Positions 54,960-64,000 of a stretch of DNA of 64,000 bases are shown piece after piece (position 1 is the stretch's first letter; the number at the start of each line of letters is the position of its first letter). Source of the DNA: Anaeromyxobacter sp. (GTDB lineage: Bacteria > Myxococcota > Myxococcia > Myxococcales > Anaeromyxobacteraceae); NCBI GenBank assembly GCA_049840735.1, contig JASGJN010000017.1, forward strand, positions 32,001 to 96,000, in the 5' to 3' direction. A program made the position numbers and the translations under genes. The notes beneath the pieces are model-generated. The model did no database searches, was not told the origin of the DNA, and was given only the letters and a program-made list of their open reading frames with translations.

Positions 54960-55158
54960 ACCCGCCTCGCGTCGGCGGCAGCGCGGATTGGCGGCAGCCC
55001 GGTGAACGGAGAACGGGCGGCCCTGCTCCGGGATCACTGCCAGGCGATCGCCTGACCGAGTGAACCCATTGGAAGCACGAGCTTTTCGACCGCCTCCGCG
55101 GCGCCCCGCCGCACCGGCACGCTTCTTCCAAAGCGGCCCTGCGGACGGGGAGGCGGAC

Positions 55159-55464
55159 ATGGGCGGACGCGCCGAGCAGCAAGGCTTCCAGGCACTGGAG
55201 CACACCATCCACGTGGAGGGGCCGCTGGACGGGCTGGTGGCCCGCAGGCTGGAGACGCTGATCCTCGGCGCCAGCCCGGGAGAGCGGATCCGCATCGACC
55301 TCTCGCTGACCGTCGAGGCCAACGACTTCGTCATCGCCGTGCTGGCCGAGGCGCTCAACCGCTCCCGCGCCACGGTGGAGCTGCACGGGCTGGGCCCCCA
55401 CAGGCTGGCCGCGCTGGCGCGGCTGGGTGTGGACATCAGCGCGCTGCAGCGCGCGCTGCACTGA
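55159..55464 (+). CDS. small STAS-like protein
   Basis: GGGGAGG RBS; IHVEGPLD..IDLS..ELHGL. Confidence 0.55.
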   Translation: MGGRAEQQGFQALEHTIHVEGPLDGLVARRLETLILGASPGERIRIDLSLTVEANDFVIAVLAEALNRSRATVELHGLGPHRLAALARLGVDISALQRALH

Positions 55465-55657
55465 CCGCGCCGCCCCTGGCCGCTGGTCCATTGGCCGGCG
55501 CCCTGTCGCGCGCCTGAGGGACGCCTGACCGGGGTCACATCCCGGCCCCCTGATCGTCCAGACTGCAGCGGTGGCGAAGGCCCCGTGGCGAGGCGCGCAC
55601 GACCCAGGCACCCCGCTCCTGCGCAGCCCAGAGGCCGGCCCCGCCGGCGCATCAACC

Positions 55658-56656
55658 ATGTCCAGACATGAGCTCCTCGCGGCGCTGGCAACCTCCGTGC
55701 TCCTGCACGCCCTGCTGGCCGGCTGGCTCCTGACCCGGCCGCCGCTGGCGCCCCCGGCGCCGCAGCAGGCCGGGCGCTGGATCGCCGTCGATCCGCCGCC
55801 TCCGCCGCCCGTGGAGGTCCCCGCGCCGGCGCCCGAGCCCGCCCAGGAGCAGGCGCTGCCGCCCGGTCCGCCGGCGCAGCCCGCCGCCCCCGCGCTGCGC
55901 AGCGCCCCGGTCCAGCAGGCGGTGAGCGCCGCCGCGCTGCTGCAGGCGCTGCCGCCGGAGGCCGCGGCGCAGGCCGCGCCTGGCGGCGAGGATGGCCCCG
56001 TCGGCGAGCCGGGCGATCCGCTCAGCGGCACGCTGGCCGCGGCGGTGGCGGCCGGCGAGCGCTGGCCGACCATGGGCGCCGGCGGCACCGGCACGGTCGC
56101 GGCCGGACGCGCCGCCATCCCCCCGGTGATCCGGCTGGGGGAACGCGGCGCCGGCCCCGGGATTTCGGACGAGGTGGTCCAGGCCCTGGCCCGGGAGTTC
56201 AAGGCCGGCAAGAAGGCGGCCCTGATCCCCTCCAGCGTCCGCAAGCGGGTGGAGGACACCATCGTGCTGCCCGGCGTGGGCGAGGTCACGGCCGACAAGG
56301 TGTGCCTGACCGCGGACGGCTCGGCCTACCGCACCACCCTGGGATCCTTCGACGAGACCATCTGCGACGAGGGGGTCTGGGACTCGGTCACCGACTACCG
56401 CAAGCCCACCTTCCGCTGCCTCCGGTCCCACACCGAGCGCGTGGACACGCGCGTGGTGGAGGCCCCGGCCACCTACGTGGCCCACAAGTGCGTGAAGTGG
56501 GACTCGACCAAGGACTACCGGACTCCACCGTGCGTGAAATGGGCCGACGTGGTCGAGACCCAGATCACGAAGTACAACGAGGAGTCCTTCGCCATGGACG
56601 ACCCGCGCCACGAGCGCCCGATCCGCAAGCGGAAGACCATCCCCGTCTGCCCCTGA
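55658..56656 (+). CDS. TonB-like protein: TM anchor, Pro-rich linker, Cys-rich C-terminal domain
   Basis: SVLLHALL in the TM helix; directly upstream of exbB/exbD. Confidence 0.7.
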   Translation: MSRHELLAALATSVLLHALLAGWLLTRPPLAPPAPQQAGRWIAVDPPPPPPVEVPAPAPEPAQEQALPPGPPAQPAAPALRSAPVQQAVSAAALLQALPPEAAAQAAPGGEDGPVGEPGDPLSGTLAAAVAAGERWPTMGAGGTGTVAAGRAAIPPVIRLGERGAGPGISDEVVQALAREFKAGKKAALIPSSVRKRVEDTIVLPGVGEVTADKVCLTADGSAYRTTLGSFDETICDEGVWDSVTDYRKPTFRCLRSHTERVDTRVVEAPATYVAHKCVKWDSTKDYRTPPCVKWADVVETQITKYNEESFAMDDPRHERPIRKRKTIPVCP

Positions 56657-56720
56657 CTCCCCCGCGCGGCGCGCCGCGACGGGCGGCCGCGCAGCACCCC
56701 AGCGTCGCAGCGAGACCCCC

Positions 56721-57341
56721 ATGCTGACCAGCAGGCTCCTCTCCATCACGCACCTCGGCGCCGAGTGGGTGCTCTGGCTCCTCCTCGCCCTCTCCGTCCT
56801 CTCGGTCGCGATCATGATCGAGCGCGCGGTCTTCTTCCTCCGCCGCCGCCTGGGGGACCCCGACGGCGTGGCCCGGCTGCTGCTGGACGGCGACCTGGCC
56901 GGCGCGGTGCAGGCGGTGGAGGGCAGGCGCGGCCTGGAGGCCGACGTGGTCCGCGCCACCGTCGAGCACGCCGGCAAGGGGCCGGACGCGGTGGCCGAGG
57001 TGGTCAACGCGCGCATCGAGCGGGCGCGGCTGGACTACGAGGCCCGCCTGGCGGTGCTGGGCACGCTCGGCAACAACGCCCCCTTCATCGGCCTGTTCGG
57101 CACCGTGCTGGGCATCATCCGCGCCTTCGCCGACCTGGCCGCGGACCCGGCCGCCGCCGGCGCCGGGACGGTGATGGCCGGCATCTCCGACGCGCTGGTG
57201 GCCACCGCGGTAGGCCTGTTCGTGGCCCTCCCGGCGGTGGTGATGTTCAACCTCTACCAGCGCTGGGTCCGCCGCTCGGCGCAGCGCGCCTCGGTGCTCG
57301 GCCACGCGGTGGTGGCCTGGCTCCGCGCCGGGAGGAGCTAG
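56721..57341 (+). CDS. exbB: MotA/TolQ/ExbB proton channel
   Basis: APFIGLFGTV.GII.AF, GISDALVATA.GL.VA.PA. Confidence 0.9.
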   Translation: MLTSRLLSITHLGAEWVLWLLLALSVLSVAIMIERAVFFLRRRLGDPDGVARLLLDGDLAGAVQAVEGRRGLEADVVRATVEHAGKGPDAVAEVVNARIERARLDYEARLAVLGTLGNNAPFIGLFGTVLGIIRAFADLAADPAAAGAGTVMAGISDALVATAVGLFVALPAVVMFNLYQRWVRRSAQRASVLGHAVVAWLRAGRS

Positions 57342-57344
57342 GCC

Positions 57345-57761
57345 ATGGCCGGCGGCTCCTTCGGCAACGGCGGGGACGACGAGCTGATCAGCGGCATCAA
57401 CGTCACGCCGCTGGTGGACGTCGTGCTGGTGCTGCTGATCATCTTCATGGTGACCGCCACCGCCATCGTGCGGCAGGCCATCGCGGTGGACCTGCCGCGG
57501 GTGGCCCACGCCGGCGAGGGGCTGGGCGCGACGCTCTCGGTGGTGCTCACCGCCGACGGCGCGCTCTACGTGGACGGCAAGCTGCGCAGCGAGGTGGACC
57601 TCGAGGCGCAGGCCCGCGAGCTGGCCGGGCGCGACCGGGAGGCCCGCGCGGTGATCAGCGCCGATCAAGGCGCGCGGCACGGCGCGGTGGTCCGGGTCAT
57701 CGACCTGGTGCGGAGCGCGGGGATCTCCCGCTTCGCCATCGACGTGGAGCGGCAGCGCTGA
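57345..57761 (+). CDS. exbD: ExbD/TolR protein
   Basis: INVTPLVDVVLVLLIIFMV, ISAD..ARHG.VV.VID. Confidence 0.9.
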   Translation: MAGGSFGNGGDDELISGINVTPLVDVVLVLLIIFMVTATAIVRQAIAVDLPRVAHAGEGLGATLSVVLTADGALYVDGKLRSEVDLEAQARELAGRDREARAVISADQGARHGAVVRVIDLVRSAGISRFAIDVERQR

Positions 57762-57786
57762 GCGCGCTGGCCCGGTCGCCAGGGCC

Positions 57787-58752
57787 CTACCCCGGGATGG
57801 CCGTCTTCACCCAGGCCTCGGCGTTCTCGAGGTCCTTGCCCAGGTCCTTGACCCGCTCCGGAGGCAGCCCCAGCGCGCGCGCCGAGCTCACCACCTCCGC
57901 GACCGCACCCACGTGCGAGAGCGGCTCGCGCCGGTGCAGGTCGAGCGCCGAGACCATCCGGACCAGGTGGATGAACGGCGCCGACGGGCCGGCGGGCGCC
58001 GCGTCGTGGTGGTGGCCCGCCACCTCCGCCAGCGTGGGCGGCAGCCGCCAGATCCGGTGCAGGTCCACGCCGGCCTCGAGATGCACCGCCTGAACCACCC
58101 GGCCCACCGCCGCGTCCTCCAGCGCCGGGATCTTCTCGAACGCGGTCAGCTCGGCCAGCGCCCGCAGCGCGCCGGCGCGCCCGACGTCGTGCAGCAGGCC
58201 GGCCATGAAGGCCTGCTCGCTGCCGGGCGTGGGGGCCAGCTTGGCCTTGGCCAGGTCGGAGGCGCAGCGCCCCACCGTCACCGCGTGCAGGAAGGTCCGG
58301 CTCCAGGCCGGCGTGTACCGCTCGTGCGTGCGGCCGGCGTCGGGGCCGTACACCGAGCGCATGGCGATGGCCGCGGCCAGGCGGGCCACGTCGGACATGC
58401 CGATGCGCGACACCGCCTCCTTCACCGTGTCGATGCGGCGCACGGCGCGGTAGATGGCCGAGTTGGCCAGGGCCAGCACGCCGCCGGCCAGCGCCCCGTC
58501 CACGCGGATGTACTTGGAGAGCTCGTTCAGGTCCACGTCCGGGAACTGGACCAGGTCGAGGATGGTCATGGCGATCGACGGGAAGGCCGCCGGTCCCATG
58601 TGCGCGCCGGCCAGGTGGGCGCGGACCACCTCGATGGCGCGGGCCTCATCCTCGCTGGGCGCGGCCGGGGCGGCGGTCAGCGCGGCCGGATTGACCTCCA
58701 GCGCGGCGGCGTAGGCGGCCTCGGGTGGCAGGGGCGTGGGCGCAGGGCTCAT
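57787..58752 (-). CDS. HDOD domain protein
   Basis: D.ALAG.VL.LANSA.Y, AFMAGLLHDVG, WRLP..HH. Confidence 0.88.
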   Translation of the reverse strand: MSPAPTPLPPEAAYAAALEVNPAALTAAPAAPSEDEARAIEVVRAHLAGAHMGPAAFPSIAMTILDLVQFPDVDLNELSKYIRVDGALAGGVLALANSAIYRAVRRIDTVKEAVSRIGMSDVARLAAAIAMRSVYGPDAGRTHERYTPAWSRTFLHAVTVGRCASDLAKAKLAPTPGSEQAFMAGLLHDVGRAGALRALAELTAFEKIPALEDAAVGRVVQAVHLEAGVDLHRIWRLPPTLAEVAGHHHDAAPAGPSAPFIHLVRMVSALDLHRREPLSHVGAVAEVVSSARALGLPPERVKDLGKDLENAEAWVKTAIPG

Positions 58753-58859
58753 GGGGACAGGCATAGCACCGGCGCCCAGGCGGGGAAACTCGCCGCCCGG
58801 GTGGGCGGAGGTGGGCGCCTCCGCCGGGCGCCTCGCCCTGCCGTGGTAACCTGGCCGGC

Positions 58860-59408
58860 ATGCCGATCCGACGCGGCCTCCCCCTGCTCTGCCTGCTGGC
58901 CTGCACGGCCGCGCCCGAGCCCTCCGCGCCCCCTCCCGCGCCCGCCCCGGCGCCGCCGGCGGAGGCGGCACCGGCGCCGACCCCGCCGCCAGCGCCGGCC
59001 GGCCCGGTCCCGGTCCTGCCGCGGGTGGAGCAGGCCACGGCCATCGAGCCGTCGGGCCTGCGCTCGCCCATCAAGGCGGGGGAGGAGCTGGTGGTCGACC
59101 CCGGCACGCGCTTCGAGCTGGTGCTGGCCGGCGGCTTCCACGACGCCCGTCTCTCGCTGCTCGACGGGGCCGACGCCGCGGTCGAGGCCAGCGCCACGCG
59201 CGAGCTGGGCAGCCGCACCACCCTGACCCTGGTGCCCACCGCCCCGCTGACGCCGGCCGGCAAGTACCAGCTCCGGCTCGACGGCGCGGCCACCCGCGAG
59301 CTGCACGACGGCGACGGCGCGGCCTACCAGCCCGCCTCCTGGCAGGTCCTGGTGGCGGGGCAGCCCCTGCCTCCTCCGCCGAAGACGGGCAAGAAGAAGC
59401 GGCGGTAG
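58860..59408 (+). CDS. Pro-rich lipoprotein with Ig-like domain
   Basis: Lipobox LLAC, LVP.APL..AGKY.L. Confidence 0.7.
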   Translation: MPIRRGLPLLCLLACTAAPEPSAPPPAPAPAPPAEAAPAPTPPPAPAGPVPVLPRVEQATAIEPSGLRSPIKAGEELVVDPGTRFELVLAGGFHDARLSLLDGADAAVEASATRELGSRTTLTLVPTAPLTPAGKYQLRLDGAATRELHDGDGAAYQPASWQVLVAGQPLPPPPKTGKKKRR

Positions 59409-59469
59409 CGGCAGCGGCCGCTCAGCCCCGGGCGCGGTTCGCCCGGCTCACCGCCACCGGAGCGCGCGC

Positions 59470-59877
59470 TCAGCCCGGCAGCGCCGCGCTGCGGGCCGCC
59501 AGCTCGCCCAGCACGGCACGATCGGCCTCGAGGAAGTCGTAGCCGGTCAGCGCGCCGTCGGGCGCCCAGGCCAGCTCCGCCACGTCCAGCGCGGCCGGCT
59601 CGGCGCCGGGCGGGAAGCGGGCCGCGTAGAACGCCAGCTCCACCTCCAGCTCGGGGTAGCGGTGCGCGTGGCGGAGCAGCAGCGCCCCCACCTCCACCGC
59701 GCAGCCCAGCTCCTCGAGGATCTCGCGGCGCAGGGCCTCCGGCTCGGCCTCGCCCGGCTCAACCTTCCCGCCCGGGAACTCCCACTGGCCCCGGAGGCCC
59801 TCGCGATCCGCACGCCGGGTGATGAGCAGGGTCCCGCCCCGCCGCACCACCGCGGCCACGACGCGGATGCGCCTCAC
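59470..59877 (-). CDS. mutT: MutT/NudG-type Nudix pyrophosphohydrolase
   Basis: WEFPGGKVEPGE....ALRREILEELG. Confidence 0.85.
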   Translation of the reverse strand: MRRIRVVAAVVRRGGTLLITRRADREGLRGQWEFPGGKVEPGEAEPEALRREILEELGCAVEVGALLLRHAHRYPELEVELAFYAARFPPGAEPAALDVAELAWAPDGALTGYDFLEADRAVLGELAARSAALPG

Positions 59878-60977
59878 TTGAGGTCGAGGGCGAAGAGGTC
59901 GCCGCCGTTGGAGAGCACGTACAGCCGGTCGTCGCGGAGCCCAGGGGCGGCGGAGATGCCCGACCCCGGATCGAAGACCCGCACCGTCCGGCCGCGCCCC
60001 AGCTCGAGGAAGCGCAGCCCGCCCGCGCCGGCAGGGACGGCCAGCCAGCGCCCCGCCAGCAGCGGGAGGCCGCCCGGGTTGCCCTCGAACGGCTGCGTCC
60101 AGCGCAGCTCACCGGTCTTGAGATCCAGGCCGTGCACCTGCGTGGCGGTGACGGCCACGAGCAGGGCCCCCGCCACCACCACGCGTGAGGCGCCCTGGGT
60201 CCGGTGGGCCCAGAGCGGCGAGCCGCTGTCCAGGTCCAGCGCCAGCACCGCGCCGGAGTAGGCGGCCGCGTAGAGGCGGCGGCCGTCGGTGGCCAGGCCG
60301 TCCACGTCGATGTAGTCGCCCGCGGGCGCCACCTGGCGCTCCCAGACCACCTGGCCGCCGGCGGCGTCGAGCGCCGCAACGTAGCCGTCGGAGTAGGAGG
60401 TGTAGACGCGGCCGCCGGTCACCACCGGCGTGGAGATGCCGTGGATGGAGAACCCGGAGGCCTTGCCCTCGCGGCGGTGGTTCCAGAGCCAGGTGCCGGT
60501 CTTCGCGTCCAGGGCGAAGAGCCGATCCTGCGCGGTGGCGAGGAAGAGGCGCCCGCCGGACAGCACCGGCTGCGCCGCCACCTCCTCCTTCGAGTCGTAG
60601 CTCCAGCGCACCTCGCCGGTGGCGAGCTCCAGGGCCCGCACCTGCCCGGCGGCGGTGGCGGCGTACACCACGTTGCCGTCCACCAGGGGCGGCGCGATGT
60701 ACGCGTTGTCGCCGCGCTTCTCCCAGACCAGGGTCCCGTCCGGCCGCATGGCGTGCAGCCACCCGTCGCGCGTGCCGAAGACGGCCACGCCGCTGGCCGG
60801 ATCGACGGCCACGCCGCCCGGCTCCATGGGATAGGCCTCCAGCAGGCCCGGGAGCACCAGCCGCTTGTGCCAGGCCACGCCGTAGACCGCCAGCGGCGCC
60901 GGGGGGAGCCGCGAGAGCAGCGCCCCCTGGTCGGTCGCCCCGACCGCCAGCCCGAGCACCAGCGGGACGAGCATCAT
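59874..60977 (-). CDS. bamB: BamB-like PQQ beta-propeller protein
   Basis: Repeated ALD..TG...W blades; synteny with yfgM and der. Confidence 0.8.
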   Translation of the reverse strand: MMLVPLVLGLAVGATDQGALLSRLPPAPLAVYGVAWHKRLVLPGLLEAYPMEPGGVAVDPASGVAVFGTRDGWLHAMRPDGTLVWEKRGDNAYIAPPLVDGNVVYAATAAGQVRALELATGEVRWSYDSKEEVAAQPVLSGGRLFLATAQDRLFALDAKTGTWLWNHRREGKASGFSIHGISTPVVTGGRVYTSYSDGYVAALDAAGGQVVWERQVAPAGDYIDVDGLATDGRRLYAAAYSGAVLALDLDSGSPLWAHRTQGASRVVVAGALLVAVTATQVHGLDLKTGELRWTQPFEGNPGGLPLLAGRWLAVPAGAGGLRFLELGRGRTVRVFDPGSGISAAPGLRDDRLYVLSNGGDLFALDLK

Positions 60978-61706
60978 CTACTTCGCCCCGAGCGCCGTGA
61001 GCTGCTGGGCCGCGAGGCCGGACAGCTCCGAGTCCTTGTGGTTCTGGTCGAAGGCCTTGAGCAGCGCCACGGCCTCGTCCTTCTTGCCGGCCGCGGCCAG
61101 CACGCGGGCCCGCTCCATGTCGGCGCGATCGGCGTAGCGCGGCGCCTCGGCCGCCAGCTTGGCGTAGGCGTCGGCGGCGGCGGCCAGGTCCTTCTTGCCC
61201 TCGGCCACCAGCGCCAGCCCCTCCAGCGCGCTGAACCGCAGCGTCTCGGCGCTCCCGGACTGCGCCAGGAACGCCTGGTAGGCCTGCGCCGCCGCGTCCC
61301 ACTCGCCCAGGTGGAAGCTGGCGTCGCCCTTCATCAGCTGCGCCATGGCGCCGGCCGCGTCGCCGCCGTGGGCGGCGAGGACCTTGTCGGCCTCGGCGAC
61401 GATGGCGCGCTGCTTGGCCTCCTCGGTGGTGAAGAAGGGGCCGGGGCGGCCGGGCAGCGGCACGGCCGACACGGTGCCGGCCACCGTGCGGAGCAGCTCG
61501 CTGGTGGCGGCGCTCGCCGCGGCGGCGCGGGAGTCGTGGATCGCGACCAGCACCAGGATGATGGCCAGCGCGCCGACGGCGACGCCGCCGGCGATGGCCA
61601 CGTGGCGCTTGCGCGCGGCCAGCCACGTCGCGGCCTGCCCCGCTGCGGCCTGGAACTTGTCGGGGTCCTTGATGTCCTTGCGGCTGACCACGGTCGTCTT
61701 CGACAT
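60978..61706 (-). CDS. YfgM-like TPR membrane protein
   Basis: K.PD.F N-terminus, single TM, TPR helices; next to bamB. Confidence 0.8.
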   Translation of the reverse strand: MSKTTVVSRKDIKDPDKFQAAAGQAATWLAARKRHVAIAGGVAVGALAIILVLVAIHDSRAAAASAATSELLRTVAGTVSAVPLPGRPGPFFTTEEAKQRAIVAEADKVLAAHGGDAAGAMAQLMKGDASFHLGEWDAAAQAYQAFLAQSGSAETLRFSALEGLALVAEGKKDLAAAADAYAKLAAEAPRYADRADMERARVLAAAGKKDEAVALLKAFDQNHKDSELSGLAAQQLTALGAK

Positions 61707-61824
61707 GGCACCTCTCCGGCGCGATAAGCGCCGTGAATCCCGAGGGAAAAAGTCGCGCCAATCTAGGCGGGTGCCCCCGAACCGTCAAGCGAAAGCCGGG
61801 CAGGCGGCCGGTCCGGCGGAGCGG

Positions 61825-63249
61825 CTACTCGTCGTCCCGCCTGCGGGCCCCCGGCGGCGGCCGGGACCGGCGCTTCCGCTCCTTGAACACGATCCGCATC
61901 GGCACCTCCAGCCCGAACACGTCGCGGAAGCGGTTCTCGACGTAGCGCCGGTAGGGGTCGCCGATGGCCTCAGGGCGGCTGCACTGGATGACGAAGGTCG
62001 GCGGGGCGTACGCCACCTGGGCGACGTAGAAGAGCTTGACCGGCAGCCCCCTGGCCCGCGGCGCCGGGTGCTCCTCCTGGATCGACTCCAGCAGCTCGTT
62101 GAGCTGCGGGGTCGGGAAGCGCGCCCGGTACTGCTCGATGAGCTTGAGCGCCCGCTCCAGCACCTTGAAGACCCCCCGCCCCTCCTTCGCCGAGACGAAG
62201 ACGAAGGGCGCGAAGCCCACGAACGGCAGCCGCTTGATGAGCTCCTTCTTGTACCAGTCCTGGGTGGCGCCCTCGCGCTCGGCGATGTCCCACTTGTTCA
62301 CCACCACCACCAGCGCCTTGCCCTTCTCCGCCACCAGCCCGAGCAGCCGGGCGTCCTGCTCGACGCCGGCCTCGGTGGCGTCCAGCAGGCAGGCCACCAC
62401 CTCGGCCTGGTCGATGGCCTTCATCGACCGGACCACCGAGTAGGCCTCGACCTTCTGCGCGATGGAGCGCTTGCGCCGGATGCCGGCGGTGTCGGTGACC
62501 ACGAACCGCTTGCCCCGGTGCGTGACCACCGAGTCGATGGCGTCGCGGGTGGTGCCCGGCACGTCCGAGACCACGAACCGCTCCTCGCCCAGCAGCGCGT
62601 TCACGAACGTGCTCTTGCCGACGTTGGGCCGGCCCACGATGGCGAGCCGGATGTCGCCCACCGGCCGGTCGGCCTCGTCCACCTCGACCGGCTCGTCCGC
62701 CTCCTCCGGCGCCGGCGGCGCCTCGGGGAGCGCCAGCCTGGCGATGATGGCCTCGACCAGGTCCGACATGCCGCGGCCGTGCTCGGCCGACACGGCGTGC
62801 ACCTCGCCGAACCCCAGCTGGTAGAACTCCGCCAGCGGGATCTCCTCCTCGGTGCGGGCGGTGTCCACCTTGTTCACCGCCACGAAGAGCGGCTTGCCGG
62901 CGCGCCGCAGCAGCTCGGCCACGGCGCGATCGACGCTGGAGAGCCCCTCGCGGCCGTCCACCACCAGCACCACCGCGGCGGCCTCGTCCACGGCCAGCTG
63001 CGCCTGCTGGCGGACCAGGGTCATGAGCCGGTCGCGGGACTCGGGCTCGAAGCCGCCGGTGTCCACCACCGACATCTGGCGGTTGTCCCACTCGAAGTCG
63101 GCGTAGTTGCGGTCGCGCGTGACGCCGGGCACGTCCTCGACGATGGCGTTGCGCCGGCCGCTGAGCCGGTTGAACAGCGTCGACTTGCCGACGTTGGGCC
63201 GGCCCACGAGGGCGACCAGCGGGCGGGGGGCGGGACGGGGGGCGGTCAC
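61825..63249 (-). CDS. der: ribosome biogenesis GTPase Der
   Basis: Two GRPNVGKS G-domains, DTGG/DTAG, NKVD/NKWD, YVENRFR. Confidence 0.97.
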   Translation of the reverse strand: MTAPRPAPRPLVALVGRPNVGKSTLFNRLSGRRNAIVEDVPGVTRDRNYADFEWDNRQMSVVDTGGFEPESRDRLMTLVRQQAQLAVDEAAAVVLVVDGREGLSSVDRAVAELLRRAGKPLFVAVNKVDTARTEEEIPLAEFYQLGFGEVHAVSAEHGRGMSDLVEAIIARLALPEAPPAPEEADEPVEVDEADRPVGDIRLAIVGRPNVGKSTFVNALLGEERFVVSDVPGTTRDAIDSVVTHRGKRFVVTDTAGIRRKRSIAQKVEAYSVVRSMKAIDQAEVVACLLDATEAGVEQDARLLGLVAEKGKALVVVVNKWDIAEREGATQDWYKKELIKRLPFVGFAPFVFVSAKEGRGVFKVLERALKLIEQYRARFPTPQLNELLESIQEEHPAPRARGLPVKLFYVAQVAYAPPTFVIQCSRPEAIGDPYRRYVENRFRDVFGLEVPMRIVFKERKRRSRPPPGARRRDDE

Positions 63250-64000
63250 AGGCCGAACCTCTTGAGGGCGGCGTCGCGCTCGCTCCAGCGCTCGTCCACC
63301 TTGACGTTGAGGGCCAGGAACACCTTGCAGCCCAGGAGGCGCTCCAGGTTCTTGCGGGCCTGGGTGCCGATGGCCTTGAGCATGGCCCCGCCCTTGCCGA
63401 TGACGATGGCCTTCTGCGACTCGCGCTCGAGGTGGATCCGGGCGGAGATGCGCACCAGGCCGCCCTGATCGCGCCGGTCGGCCTCGTCGAACTCCTCGAT
63501 CTCCACCGCCGCGGCGTAGGGGATCTCCTGCCGCGTCTGCAGCATCACCTGCTCGCGCACGTACTCGGCCGCCAGCGTCCGCTCGGCCTGGTCGGTCATC
63601 ACGTCGGGCGGGAAGAGCGGCGCCTCGGACTCGGGCAGGAGCCCGGCCAGCGTCTCCAGCAGCCGGTCCACGTTCTCGCCGTCCAGGGCCGAGAACGGCA
63701 CGATCCCGGTCCAGGCGTGCAGGTCCTTGTACGCGTCGATGACCGGGAGGAGCGTGGCCCGCGGGGCGCGGTCCATCTTGTTCACGCCCAGCACCGACGG
63801 CTTGCCGGAGCGCTTCACCTCCTCGGCCACCCAGCGCGTGCTCTCGCCGATCTCCACCCGCCCCTCGGGGCCGGTGCCGGCCTCGACCAGCATCAGCACC
63901 ACGTCCACCTCGCCCAGCGTGGAGAGCGCGGTCTCGACCATGCGCTTGTTGAGGGCGCCCTTGGCCTTGTGCAGCCCGGGGGTGTCGAAGAACGCCAGCT
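63246..64000 (-). CDS. era: GTPase Era (5' end outside window)
   Basis: DTPGLH, NKMD, QEIPY, SQKAIVIGKGG.MLK.IG. Confidence 0.96.
   Translation of the reverse strand, partial: LAFFDTPGLHKAKGALNKRMVETALSTLGEVDVVLMLVEAGTGPEGRVEIGESTRWVAEEVKRSGKPSVLGVNKMDRAPRATLLPVIDAYKDLHAWTGIVPFSALDGENVDRLLETLAGLLPESEAPLFPPDVMTDQAERTLAAEYVREQVMLQTRQEIPYAAAVEIEEFDEADRRDQGGLVRISARIHLERESQKAIVIGKGGAMLKAIGTQARKNLERLLGCKVFLALNVKVDERWSERDAALKRFGL

Overview
High-GC Myxococcota-like DNA, most similar in gene content to Anaeromyxobacter, that appears to span the chromosomal replication terminus: a 28-bp XerCD dif site lies at 18704-18731 and GGGNAGGG (KOPS-like) octamers change strand around it. Left of dif are core genes: ECF sigma/anti-sigma, ArsB/NhaD permease, rtcA, corA, mrp/apbC, phosphatase, MCP, PAS-GAF kinase, hbd-crt-acyl-CoA dehydrogenase cluster, ribA and a MerR regulator. 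Right of dif is a long accessory tract that ends in the core era-der-yfgM-bamB-mutT operon. The main finding is a precisely bounded 3687-bp four-gene transposon (20361-24047; TGT...ACA ends, 5-bp CCAAT target duplication) that splits a DUF4034-like gene 1.6 kb from dif. It encodes a Zn-finger protein, a Mu/TnsB-like DDE transposase, an ExeA/TnsC-like AAA+ ATPase and a translationally coupled small protein. By eye this fourth protein looks like a catalytically dead IS110-type RuvC domain ending in a beta-clamp-like motif (QLPLL), making it a candidate new target-selection factor. Other notable items are a dif-anchored ~0.7-kb diverged duplication, a TonB-like protein with a non-canonical Cys-rich C-terminus upstream of exbBD, a ~1350-aa lipoprotein multicopper oxidase and a truncated TatC paralogue. 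At least 12 frameshifts fall at GATC sites and are probably sequencing artefacts. All family calls are by eye; no database searches were run.
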